This document shows, in pieces, positions 37,061 through 49,299 of a stretch of DNA of 64,000 nt. Numbering within the stretch: position 1 is the first letter of the stretch; every line of letters starts with the position of its first letter. Position numbers and translations under genes: made by a program. Source of the stretch: Camelus dromedarius. Lineage: Eukaryota. The stretch is taken from contig NC_087436.1 of the NCBI RefSeq assembly GCF_036321535.1, forward strand, positions 118,670,001-118,734,000, written 5' to 3'. The notes beneath the pieces are model-generated. The model made no database searches. It was not told the DNA's origin and worked only from the letters and a program-made list of their open reading frames with translations.

Positions 37061-39300
37061 CAGAATAGTCAATCTCTGCCTAAGTCCTTTCTCCTCATTG
37101 TAACTTATGACGATTATTTCCCTCGTCTTCTTGTACATTTTGGCCAGTCTGGTTCACCATTTCTCCCCAGCGCCTGGCACCATGCCTGGCTCGAGGCAAC
37201 AGGTGCTTAATAAATATTTGTGGAATAAAATGCAGAGCCAGGCTTTTGTGATTTGTGGAGGGCACAGCGAGCCGCCTCCCAGGTGGTGGAACTGAATTGT
37301 AAAATAATGCAAAAATGGGTCACAGCAGATTCAAAGTCACCTTAAAAGGAGGGAATGGAAGCTCATAACTGGCCGTGGCCTTTCATAAAGTCTGGGGCGG
37401 GGACACCCTAGCCGAAAGGAGGCATGTCCAGGCCCAGGAACACATCTCTATGGGAAATGAATGCATCAGGCAGATGAGACCATTAACCCTCTCTGTTCTT
37501 ATTTCAGGCTCCCAAATAACCTTCTGACTAAACGTTTATTGACTTACAAATGAACAAATGAATGAATGGACTTGACTTTCCAGATAATTCCAGTATCAAG
37601 AGAGGCTCTACTGATAGCTTTCCATCCATCATTTCAGTATAAAGAGTCTGCCCAAAGTTCTGGTTCTCAGAGGAAATTAACCAGTTAGTGTTCAAGTTTA
37701 TACCTCAGTCTCTGTGAATTTGGTCAATGTGAGTCAGCCTGTCCAATCCCAGTGAACAAATTGGTTCTAGTTTCAGAGCCTGCAAGACGAAGAGCAGCCC
37801 TTGGAGGGTAGAGCTCTCACTACAATGATGGCACCATCTCAGAATACAGCCAGTCCCCCACCCAGGTGACACCTGCTGCATCCAACAACTTCCCTGGAAC
37901 TTTGCTTTCAGTCCTGCCTCAGCTTACACGCAGGGACTATGCCAGATCCCTAGACGAGGTGCTGACCTCTCTCCCCATCCTTATTCTGCCTCTGAAGAGG
38001 CCTGAAGCCCTCAGGCAAAGGGACAAGCACTGGACTGGGAGTCTGGGAATCTAGATCCAAATTCTGTCTCTGAACCAAGTTGCTGTGGCCCTGAGCAGTC
38101 CCTTTTCTCTAGGTTTCCACATCTTTGGCTGTGTGGTGCTTTGGACCACAGGACACCTGCGACTCTGAAGGCTGTGGGGCAAAGAAGGGACAGAGAGGGT
38201 CGGCCTGCAGAGGCCGGGCTGGGAAGGTAGAGGAGGAAGGCGCAGATCTGGTGCTACACTGCCAACAGTGGGAGCCCGTGAGGCCAATTGAGCGATTCTG
38301 GAAAACAGGGCCGGCTGTGTCCACAGCAGCAGCTGCATTTCACTCTCGCACCATCAGGAACTGAGCTAATCCAGTGCAGGCGCTGCTGGCTGCTCCCCAG
38401 TAACGGGGTTGTTCGCCCATGTGTGAGTGTGTGTGTCTGTGAGCGCGAGCAGGCTCAGCTCAGCACCCGCGAGGGCTGTGTGCACTCAGATGCCCAGGTG
38501 CTGTTCAGAGCCAGGCAGAGACCCGGGAGTATCTTTATCAAACCTGGGTCAGAACTGGCATCCCTCACCACTTGTGTTACCTGGGAGCTGTGTGACCTTG
38601 AGTGAGTCTCGCAACCTCTCTGAGCCTCTGTCTCCTCTTTTGTTGCTCATTAGCAGAGGAGATCCTCATTTGTTTAGTTTATTACTTCATTCATTTAACA
38701 AATATTCCCTGAGCGGCTTTTCCGTGCCAGGCACTAGGGAGACAGAGATGGTTATGAAATGACTCTGGCTCCAGCAAAGAGGCGCTGACAAAACTCTCCC
38801 AACAGCAGAAGGGAGACCCTCCTATGTGCCATGTCACACATATCCACGTACAATGAAAGACAGAGGGGCGTATGGCTAACCCCTGTGGTCTGTGGGACCC
38901 AGGGCAGGCTCCTGGGCAAGGTCACATGTGAACTGTGCCCTGAAGGATGGATGGGTGGCTGCAGGGCAGACAAGAATCCTGCCAGAGGAAGTGGCAAGTG
39001 CTAAGGGCCTGAGGCACACATGAAAGAACCATCTGGTGAAACCGTTGTCATGGTGCTTGTTTGACACTGAATGGAAATCACTGTATGTGTCTGTCTCCTG
39101 CATCGTGTGTGTTGTGAGCACTTTTATAGGTTAAGGATGGCCAGATCACCTCCCTAGGCCAGCCCTGAGCACAGGTTGTCCAGGGTGTGTTTCAGGCAAG
39201 GTCAGTGGACAGAGGGAGGGAGGGAGGGACACTGCAGGTCAGGCAGGTAGGTGGGCAGGTGGATGAGCCCATAGTCCCCACGGGAAGAAGAGTAGGGCTA

Positions 39301-39534
<234 letters not shown>

Positions 39535-40729
39535 TCATGGTTGCAGGGCTCCCTCAGGGGCCGGATGACTGAGCTGGGACAGCGGGGCTGGGGCATCGGC
39601 TCCCGGCTCCACATCACCAGCCCTGTCTTAGCTCAGCCTCCTCCCTGCAATCCCTCCCTCCACCCAGAAGCCACAGCTGGCTTTGAAAACAAGCAGCCGC
39701 ACTGCTGCCCACCTCTGGGGGCTCCCCTACTGCTGTCTGGATGCCCCCTGGGTGGGTCAGCAGAGTGGACTTCAGCCCCACCTTCGACCAGCTATGAGAC
39801 CAAGCTCCTCCCTACCCCTCGACTTGCTCATCTGTACAATGGGTGCGGTTAAGGTCACCAGGACAAAAGGAGACGGTGCAGGCAAACACTCCCACAGGGC
39901 TGGCCCAGTGGGGCCCTCATGCATCAAAGGTCTTAGACTGGCCCGGTCCGTGAGCCTGTCTGGCCCCATCATGACAACCCTCCTTCTCATGCCCCCTGTT
40001 CCAGCCATGCTGGCCCACTCCGACCCCTGACACCCAGGAACTTCCTCATCGCTCCTTTGCATCTCCTACATGTCCCAAGCACAGAAAAGCCTTGTGCAGA
40101 TCTGCTCAGAGGCCGGCCTGGGCACCGCCTTCCTGATGCTCAGGGCTTCAGCCCCTCTGCGCCCAGGCCCCAGCTGCCTCTTTCCCAGCAGTTAATCTTT
40201 GTATTTGCAGGTCTGTCCCCCACATAGTCTGGGGGCTTCTCAAGGTCAAGGCTGACACTCCCCTGGATCCCCGGCTCCATCCCTGTGCCATGGCTGGGCA
40301 CAGCACGCCCCTGGGGAGGCACTTGTTACGTGAACCACCTGAGTGCATGACCCTTCTGCTGTGAAATGACTTCCCAGGTCTCCGCATGGAGGGAAGCATG
40401 TCCGGAGGGACTCACAGACTCTCGTCACCTCCTGCTCCATTGGAGAAGGAGGTGATGAGGTCTTCCTGCCAGAACTCCCCTCCAAGCTCATCCCAGAGGA
40501 TCAGGGACGTTTGCGCTTCAGTTTCTAGGCAGTGTAGCAGGTGCCCAGTGCTGCAGGCAGGCAGGACAGGAGGCTGGGCTCCCTGGGACCCCTGGATCAC
40601 ACCCCAAAACATCAGGGTCTCATCCCTTCAGGCAGCATCAGCTGACTATGAATGGTTTCCCCAGAGAAAGAGGCCGTTGTTGATGGTGACAGTGACTCCA
40701 CTGGGCTCTGAGAGAGACAGTGTGGCCGA

Positions 40730-40870
40730 TGGGAAGGTTGCAGCCTTTGGCATCAGACAGAGCTGGGTTCAAGTCTTGGCCCTGCGACCGGGTAGCTCTG
40801 TGTGACTGCGGGCGAGGCACTTCACCTCTCTGAGCCTCGGTCTCCTCATCCACAGAGTGGGGTCCATGTT
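40730..40870 (+). mobile_element. MIR SINE
   Basis: 'ggcatcagacagagctgggttcaagtcttggcc...tagctctgtgtgactgcgggcgaggcacttcacctctctgagcctcggtctcctcatc'. Confidence 0.8.
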
Positions 40871-41686
40871 CCCCTCCCTGACGTGCTCGGAAACTGCGTC
40901 GTGGGGGAGGCACGTAGAGCAGGCCCGCAGCCGAGGGCGGTCAGCGCCATCAGAGTCCTCACCATGCCCCCTGAGCCAGGTCAGGAGCCACCATTCCTGT
41001 CTGCTGTTGGGAAAACCGAGGCACCAGAGGTGAATCACGACCCGGAGGAGGGGCTGGATTCCGAGCCCAGGTCGCTGAGGCTCCTTCCCGTCCAGTCCTA
41101 CCTCCTCTGTGGCAGGCCTTCCCACGTGCGAGTGATGCAGTGCTGGTGCCGTGTTTTTATTTCCATCTTGCAGGTGTGAAGCACTTGGTAGTTTACAAGG
41201 GACTGTGGGCCTCATTTAAGCGAATGGTGCGTAGCAACTGACGAGGCCCTCAGAGGAGCACGGGCAGCCTCCCATTTTCGAGAGCTTCAAACTTTTCTCC
41301 GCCTCTCCGCCCATGCCATCTGTGGACGGCCAGAAGAGGCCGTGAGAGCAGCCAGGAGGGAATTCCCGTTATTTCAGGCTGGGTGCACTCGCCGAGTCAG
41401 CGGGGTCCCGGGGCTCAACCACGTCCTTCCAGCCCCCAGCCCAGCGAGCTCCTGGCCCACCGCGCCCGGAGAGTAGAAAGGGCAGCCCCTCCAGGTCCAC
41501 CGCCCAAGTCCAGGTGCCACATTTGAGAGTAAACGTCTCATCTCAACCAGACTACACGTCTGACTAGCGTGTCGGAGCCTGTGAGCCCGTGCTGCCACTT
41601 CTGGGGATCTGTCTTCAAGAAACGTCTTGAAATGTGGGGAACCTTTTCTAATAAAAAATGTGCATCATAGTATTTATACACAATAA

Positions 41687-41746
41687 TGTGTGTGTGTATA
41701 TATATACACTATATATTGTGTGTGTGTGTGTATATATATATATACA
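41687..41746 (+). repeat. Compound (TG)n(TA)n microsatellite
   Basis: tgtgtgtgtgtatatatatacac...tgtgtgtgtgtgtgtatatatatatatac. Confidence 0.9.
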
Positions 41747-42193
41747 CAATATAACCCCCCCATATACATACACACAGTAATGCAAAAGAGAGAGGGAGGG
41801 AGGGGAGGACAGAGGGAAGACGGACAGACTGACGCGAACACCCCCGAGGATCTGGCGGTTTATGAACTGGGGTGTCTCATGCTTTACACTCCAGCCGGAC
41901 AGCAGCTTCCAAGGCTGGCAAAGGCAGGACAGCTCTTACGTCGGTTACACACTTAAGCGGGGAAAGCGGGGCACAGACACACGGGAACAGTGGGAGCTCA
42001 GACACATGTAAAATGCACTGGAAGAAAATACATGAAAACGCTGAATGCAAATGGGAACTCAGGGTGAAATCTGTCTCATTCTTCTTTCCAGTGTTTTTAT
42101 ATGATAGAGATGGGCTACATCGTAGTGGGGAAAGTGCTAAGCTCTCCTTTCTTCTGAAACAGACACTTCAGATTGATTTCACACACACATTAC

Positions 42194-42250
42194 CTTCAAA
42201 GGCGTCACAGCCAAATTTGCCTCGTGGTGCTTTTTCTGAAGTTCGTCAAG
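42194..42250 (-). CDS. C4orf50: C4orf50 exon, 57 nt (LDELQKKHHEANLAVTPLK)
   Basis: Acceptor 'gcttctctttcag|CTT', donor 'AAG|gtaatg', phase 0-0. Confidence 0.9.
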
Positions 42251-42774
42251 CTGAAAGAGAAGCAACATTTTTGAGAACCATCGTTCACCCAGCCCAGCGC
42301 TTCCGCGGTGAACTGCGCTCAGAGAGGTTGGCTTTCGTCCCCTCTTCCCCTACCAGAGTTCTCAATGGGAACAGCGCCTTTCCCAGCAGCTGCTCTGCTG
42401 GATCAGGGAGGGCGGATGCTCTGAGCACTAGAGAATGAGCCCTGCCAGATTGCCCCGTTGCCTCTTCCTCCAGGAAGGAAGCCTTGCCGATTCCCCATGC
42501 GGAAGTGCCAGAGTTTGTTGGCGCGGTGTTAAACCTACAGCTCCGCTAGCCAGATGCCCTGGGTCCCACCCCAGCCCAGCTACTCACTTGCACCGTGACC
42601 TTGTGCAAGTCATGTCTCTCTTGACCCCAGTTTTCTCTTCTGCAAAGTGGGGGTAATATTAGTGCCCGCCCAATGGTGAGGATGGTCTGAGGACTCTGTG
42701 AATTGATTCCTGTAAAGTCTTAGAACAACTGGCATCGGTCAAGCCTCAGGAAATGTAAACCATTATTATTCTCT

Positions 42775-42960
42775 GGGGCAGGCACGTGAGTGAAGCCACC
42801 TTGGACTGTCCAGCCCAGCCCAGCACCCAGCTGAATACCAGCAATGATCCCCGCTGCTGCTCTGTGGGCGGAATCGCCCAGCCGAGTCCTGCCCGAACCC
42901 CTGACCCACAGTCATACGCTGCTGTAAGGCGGGTGTTCTGTGGCTCCTCACCCACTCTCT
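42775..42960 (+). mobile_element. MaLR (MLT1-type) LTR remnant
   Basis: 'cacgtgagtgaagccaccttggactgtccagcccagcc...ccagctgaatacc...gcccagccgagtcctgcccgaacccctgacccaca'. Confidence 0.65.
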
Positions 42961-43481
42961 GGTTCTCTCTGTAGTCAGTACAAGAAAGCTGTATAGATAA
43001 AAGCCCTTCTTCCTGTCCCCCGGACTTCCTTTGACCTCTACACTGTTTTCAGCCCTGCTACCCGTGATCAGAAAGCATATGTGTGTATGCACGCACATGA
43101 AACTACCCTAGACAAACTGTCTCACAGCTCGCTCTTGTCACTTACCATAAAGCTGTGGTGGTAATTCCATGTTAATATAGACAAACTGATCGTATTCTTC
43201 TAGAATCTTGCATATTATTTAATCATGAGGCTGGAACAAAATTGATTTAACCAATTCTTTGTTTATGAAAACGTAGATTGTTTCTGTTTCTTTGCTTCAT
43301 AAACAAGGCTTTAATGAACATTTCTATAAATCTATTCTGGCACATGTTTCTGGACATAGCCGAAGAGCAAAATGCCAGCTCCACGTAGACTGTCTTACAT
43401 TCAAAAGACGCACAGTAATATCTGCAGGCTTGGATGAAATCTTCTGTCTACTTCAGTCCAAGAAATAGCATGAATATGTTG

Positions 43482-43678
43482 TGTGGGAAGGGATAAACTG
43501 GGAATTCAAAAATTGCACCTCCTGGGGAGTGACGGAAATGTTAGCTGTCTTGACTGCGGTGGCGGTTTCATGGGTGTGTACATCTATCAAAATTCACCAG
43601 ATTGTGAATCTGAAATATGTGCAGTTTACTGTACAAGAACCATGCCACAGTAAAGGTGTTAAAATATATATATAAAAA
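43482..43678 (+). mobile_element. Short LINE-1 3' end with long TSD
   Basis: 'ggtttcatgggtgtgtacatctatcaaaattcaccagattgt...aaatatgtgcagttta'; flanks aagaaatagcatgaatatgttg (43460-43481) and aagaaacagcatgaatgcgttg (43679-43700). Confidence 0.75.
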
Positions 43679-43744
43679 AAGAAACAGCATGAATGCGTTG
43701 CTGTGAGCTGCGTACTGGGGCATTTTCAGCTAAAAAACAAATGA

Positions 43745-44112
43745 GAAGAAAGTGAAAAGACAACAGAATGGGAGAAGATGTTTGCAAATCCTGTATCTAA
43801 TAAAGGAACTGCATCCGGAACACAGAGCAAACTCTTACAACTCAGCAACAGCAAAATCAACAACCCAGTTACAAAACGGACAGAGGATCTGAGCAGGCAT
43901 CTCTCCAAAGAAGACAGATGAACTGCAAATAAACACATGAAAAGATGCTCAACTCTATTAGCCATTAAGGAAACACAACTCAAAATCACAGCGAGATGCC
44001 ACTTCATACCCACTAGGATGGTTGGCAACAAAAAGACAGACAGTAGCAAATGTCAGTGAGAACGTCAAGTTGGGACCTTCACACACTGCTAGTGAAGCAG
44101 AAAGTGGAGCCA
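43745..44112 (+). mobile_element. LINE-1 ORF2 3' fragment
   Basis: 'aagaaagtgaaaagacaacagaatgggagaagatgtttgcaaatc...catctctccaaagaagac...cacatgaaaagatgctcaac...cttcatacccactaggatgg'. Confidence 0.85.
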
Positions 44113-44163
44113 GAGACAGACCTGGAAGTAACTTAATAATTACATAACAAGAAGTTCATCAGA

Positions 44164-44659
44164 CAGATGACTAGATAAAGATGTAGGGGGTGCATGTGTG
44201 TGTGTGTGTGTATAAAATGGTGTATGTGTATATATATAATGGAATACTACTCAGCCATAGAAAAGAATGAAATACTGCTATTTGCAGCAACACAGATGGA
44301 CCTAGAGATAATCATAGTAAGTGAAGGAAGTCAGAGAGAGAAAGATAAATATCACATATCATTTCCATGTGGAATCTAAAAAATAGTACAAATAAACTTA
44401 TTTACAAAACAGAAACAGGTAAGAAGGGGAGGGATAAATTAGGAGTTTAGGATTAGCAGATACAAACTACTGTATATAAAATAGATAAACAACAAGGTCT
44501 TACTGTATAGCACAAGGAACTATGTTCAACATCTTGTAATAACCTATAATGAAAAAGAATCTGAAAATATATATATGTATATATACATAAAACTGAATCA
44601 CTTTGCTGTACATCAGAAACTCACACAACATTGTAAATCAACTATATTTCAATTAAAAA
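44164..44659 (+). mobile_element. 5'-truncated, relatively young LINE-1 3' end with TSD (same family as 18875-19326)
   Basis: 'atggaatactactcagccatagaaaagaatgaaata...tttgcagcaacacagatggacctagag...cattgtaaatcaactatatttcaattaaaaaa'; TSD aagaagttcatcaga (44149-44163) / aagaatttcatcaga (44660-44674). Confidence 0.9.
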
Positions 44660-46213
44660 AAGAATTTCATCAGATATCTGGAAACTATAAAACATTAATC
44701 AAATGTAACTTCTAGGACAGTAAAATACAACTCCTAAAATTAAGAACTAAAATAATGAGTTTTAGAGCAAACTCAACTCACCAAAGAACATTATTTAACT
44801 GGAAGACTGACTAGAAAAAATATCCAAACTGAAGAAGAGAAAGACAAAAAAATGAAAATTATTTTTTAAAAAAGACATAAAAACATTGGATATGGTAAAA
44901 AAAAAAAAAAGGTCTAACGTGTGTAACTGGAGTTATATTTTTCACAGATCAGTGACAGACAGGACAAAAATTGGTGACAGACCACCCAAATTAGTTAAGG
45001 GCAGAGTGACAAATATACCCTCATTTATTGCCTTGGCTTTGGAAGTGGGTACCAATACTTTGGAAAGCAAATTTGCCATATGTATTAAGAATGAACACTA
45101 TTTCCTCTGTCTGAACCAGTGATCCCAGTTCTCTGAACTATTGTATATAAACAATGATACATAAATTTACAGAAAGATACAACACTAAGAGAACCAAAAT
45201 CACATCCACCCCATAGATACTCCACAGCCCAAAACTAATGGTCATAAAAGCTATGAAACACGGATGGAGGGCATCAATTCTATGTGTAGTGTGTTCCATT
45301 ATGCAAAGAATGCGTAAGACAGGAGTCAGAAATCATATCGAAAATGTTGATGGTATATTTTCGTCCATTAACTTGTGAAAAAAATGTAAAGTGTGGTTCA
45401 GGGTAACAAGTTGTGGGCAATCACATACACTCGTTTATTCCTGCCGGGAGCATAAATGATGCAGCCATTTTGGAGGTCGTTTGCCGTCATCTTCAAAGTT
45501 AATTAGGCACATAGCCTTTGACCTCGTCATTCTTTCACTGGGATTTTACCCTTTACCCATGTAGTGGGAACATATTCCAAGACACAGGCAGAGAAATGTT
45601 CGCTGAAGCCTTGTTTGTAAAGCAAAGCAACAAAAACAATTTGGGTTTCTATATGCAAAGAATTGCTTAAGTAACATACGGTTTGGCCTCTTGAAAAATA
45701 ATGTGCAAGAGTTTAATACCCAGCGTGCGTGTGTTGATATGGAACATCACCCAGATCTTTCATTCAGTGACAATATTAGGATGCAGAATATTTCTGCACA
45801 GTGTGATTTCACATACGAACACACACAGGTGCTGAATGTGGGTAGATGGGGTTGAAAAAAATGGAAGTCAGCAGGGGTTGGGGTTGAGAGGGAGAAAAAG
45901 ACTATTGTTTTGCATTTTTTAAAGATTGAGACAATTTTAGATTTACAAACAGTTGTAAAAAATAATACAGAGAGATGCTTTGGATACTTTGCCCAGTTTC
46001 CTCCAGTGAGGACATTGGGCAAAACTACAGTATATTACACAGCTGGTGGGACGGACGAGAAGCTTTTCTTCCTGTACTGTTCTGCACTTTAGGAATCTGA
46101 TGAACAAGTTCAGACTGCTAGGAATGGTCAGTGAGAGCTTACCTAGTTCTTTTTCCTAAGCTCGGAACTCCCTGGAGTGAGGGAAGATTAACTTGCTGGC
46201 GGGCTCCGCTTAC

Positions 46214-46369
46214 CTGGCCCCGGAGACGGGCGACCTCACCGCGGGAGGCCGGCAGCAGCCGGGGCGCCGAGCCCTGGTCCCTGAGCTGGCACCGCAGGGT
46301 CAGCGCCTGGTGACGGAGCTGCCTGATGCTCAGCCTGAGGTCCTCCTCGGAGGCCTCAGCCTCCGGCTC
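46214..46369 (-). CDS. C4orf50: C4orf50 exon, 156 nt (EPEAEASEEDLRLSIRQLRHQALTLRCQLRDQG...EVARLRGQ)
   Basis: Donor 'CAG|gtaagc', acceptor 'aatctgctccag|GAG' (weak pyrimidine tract), phase 0-0; recalled motif LTLxCQLRDQG. Confidence 0.88.
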
Positions 46370-48799
46370 CTGGAGCAGATTTGGATGAAACGCTTAGGTT
46401 ATCTTTCAAGTACTTTGCCTTTGCCAACAGACAGTACCCATTTTCCTTCTTAACTTTTTTCCCGCTTACGTTTTCTCATAGCAAATAAATTGTACAAAAT
46501 AAAGTAACAGAGATGACTCCAAAAACTATTAGCCAGCATGAACATTATTACCCACAGCTTCTCTCACATGTTCAGTCTTTCGGCTCTGCTGTTACCCACG
46601 TGTGCATATGCGTGTGTGGCCCGTGCTGGGTTTCTTGAGTGGGGGGGTTGGGGAGGGTCCAGGGAATCACAGAATAACATTCTCGAATGTTATTTTCAAA
46701 AGAATATTGTTTTTCGCATGTGAAAAACATGCAAAATAGCATGATATTTCAGAGTCTGTTTGAATAGGTGTCAGTCCCCATTATACTGAAACACAGTATA
46801 ATGAATGAAATTTAGTGTTCAAATCCAACTGTGAGATGCTCATGACATTCATGTTTCATGTATTTATATAAAACGTAACTGCATTTCCCCCACACACTTT
46901 TCTTAAATCAGTACAAAATAGCCTCTCGCTCTTCTTGGGTCAAACACGAGCGGGTTTCATGTGAACATCAGCAGGGCATTTCTGGGCGGGCAGAAGGTAA
47001 GAAGGAAGAGACTGATTTATCACCGTGGGGAGTTTGGCCAAATGGTAGTGGTGCTCTTGCCCCAGTGGTTCCGGACTTTAAAATTTTTAAAATACCTTAT
47101 GTGCATACGTAAACACAGGCGTGTGTGTGTGTGTGTACATATACGCACACCCTCGTGTCTGTTTTTCTCTGTGTCACTTACATGCCATACACATCTTCCG
47201 CATTCTGCTTTCCTCCCCTAGTACCACGTCACGGGCATTTTCCGATGTCATTAAATAATGTCGAACACGCCGCCGCCAGCACACATGCAGCGCTTTGTGG
47301 CGCTCTGAACACTCAGACTATGCTGACATTTTGCTGCTGCCATTGGGGCTGTGATGGAGACCCTCACCCATAAATGCCTGGCACACCTCTGGCTTGTCCC
47401 CTGAGACCACCAGAGGCGGAATTTCCGCGTCATCACTGAGCTCTTGACTCAAACTCCTCGGGTGGCCCTGGGAAGGAGCAGGGCCGTGAGGAGTGCGAGC
47501 TCCCGCTGCCACGAGGCGGGGACCCGGAGACGCGGGGGCTTCTCAAGGCGCCCGTGCTCCTGGTCACGGCGGTCTACCTTTCGTTTAAAGCAGCCACCCT
47601 GGGAACTGAAGGCCCGCAAAGATCATCCCTTCCACGTGTTCCTGACCTGGGCGTGAGCTGCCAGGAGGGGAGCCCAGGCCGCTCTGCTTGGAGAGGAGAG
47701 GGAAGAGGGAGGCGAGGGCGGGAGGGCAGAATCAGCGTGACTGGCTGTCAGGCCTCTCCCTTGTTAGCCGGGAATATGATGGCAGAATGCGACTTTTTTA
47801 ATTAACAGAAATTCACAGTGCGTGGGCCTGAGATTCACAGGCTGGGCCCTGTCAAGAACAGATGGGTGCTCCGAACGGTTCCAGACAACCAGCTCCAAAC
47901 AGAGTTGCAAAACAACTTAGCCTTTCTGGAAAGTTCGGCTCCTTTGCCACCTCCCTCCTCTGCAGTGACTTGGGCTTCGTCTCGAGGATCCAAAGAGAGC
48001 ATCCACTGTGCATTCTAAAGAGAATGAGAGTGTGGGGTGGAGGCGGACCCTGCCTGTCACCTGGGACTGCGCTGCCCAGCGACCCCTGCGAACGACCCCT
48101 TGACCCACTTGCTCCCTAGCAGACATCAGAAGCACATGCTCCAGCCACGCACTTGGGCTGGGAGCCATGGTGAATGCGGCCCTCAGGGCGCTCTGTCTGG
48201 TGGAAGAGATTGATGCAGACAAAGGCCGTACAACACAGCATGGTAAGGGGAAGCCAGGGGGCTGCAGGGGCCTAAGAGAGGCACCACATCAGAGGCGCCC
48301 ATCGCACCAGCGAGGTGGCGGCGAATGTACAATGGCCACTCTCCGGGGAGGGAGGGGCACATGAACGTGCAGCGTTTGCTATTTCCGTGGTGTGTGCACC
48401 ATCAAGGCCACGGCAAGGTACCAAATGGCATCACTGAGTGCAGAGCTGGGGAGAGATGTGCAGGAGCTGCCTCCGCACTGAACCCATCCTGGGGTGGGGG
48501 GGAGGAGATGCCCTAACGTGAGACCTTGAGGATGGCGGCAGCCCCCAGGAGAAAGCCGGGGTGCCGGGAGGGGCGGGCCGAGGGTCTAGGTGTGTAGGGA
48601 CTGAGGAAAATATAAAGCAACAGCTGAAGCTCTCAAGGGGCCAGATTAGAACTCGCCAGAAGGAATTTGGACTTCATATCAAGCTCAGGAGGAAGACATA
48701 GAAGGGTTTTACGCCAAATAAAAACATGACCAGGTTTGTGACTTGGGATGAAGGGAAGGGGAAGCTTTCCTCACCCTCTACCCTCTAGCCGCCAACCAA

Positions 48800-49285
48800 T
48801 TCCATTGCTTCCAATTCTAGCTTTTCTCTGGAATCCCCCCCCCCTTTTCTTTTTATCCAAATTCCAAGTTCCTCCCCTCTGGTATCATCTCTCGGCAAAA
48901 TCCTCTTGACTGTCCGCCCTGTGCCCACCTGCCCCTTCTCCTTACAGCAGACAGTGATCTTCTTACAAAAAAAATTAATCATGTTGTTCTCCTGCTTAAA
49001 ATCCGCGAACAGTTTCCTGCGGCACTGAGAGATGACCCTAACCAGCGCCTGTAAGGCCTCCTGTGATCTTTCTCATGACAACTTTTCCAGCCTCATCTCA
49101 TACGATGCCCCAGCCTTGCCCACCGTGTTCCAGCCACACTGACTACTTTCCGCTTTTTCAACAAGCCAGGCTCATTCTTGCCTCAGAGTCTGGGCCACTT
49201 GCTTCTCCCCTTGCCTGGAATGTTCTTCATCTACTGTTCCTTTCAAACCTTGAAACCCTCAGCTCGATATTCACCTCCTCAGAGT
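48800..49285 (+). mobile_element. L2 LINE remnant
   Basis: 'cagacagtgatcttctta...atcatgttgttctcctgcttaaaatcc...tccagccacactgactact...ttgcctcagagtc...cccttgcctggaatgttctt'. Confidence 0.7.
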
Positions 49286-49299
49286 TCCAGTTCCTACCA

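Noticed and set aside
43726..44379. ORFs such as MLLSVFLLPTILVGMKWHL and MEYYSAIEKNEILLFAATQMDLE
   Set aside because: Translations of LINE-1 3' sequence, not host genes
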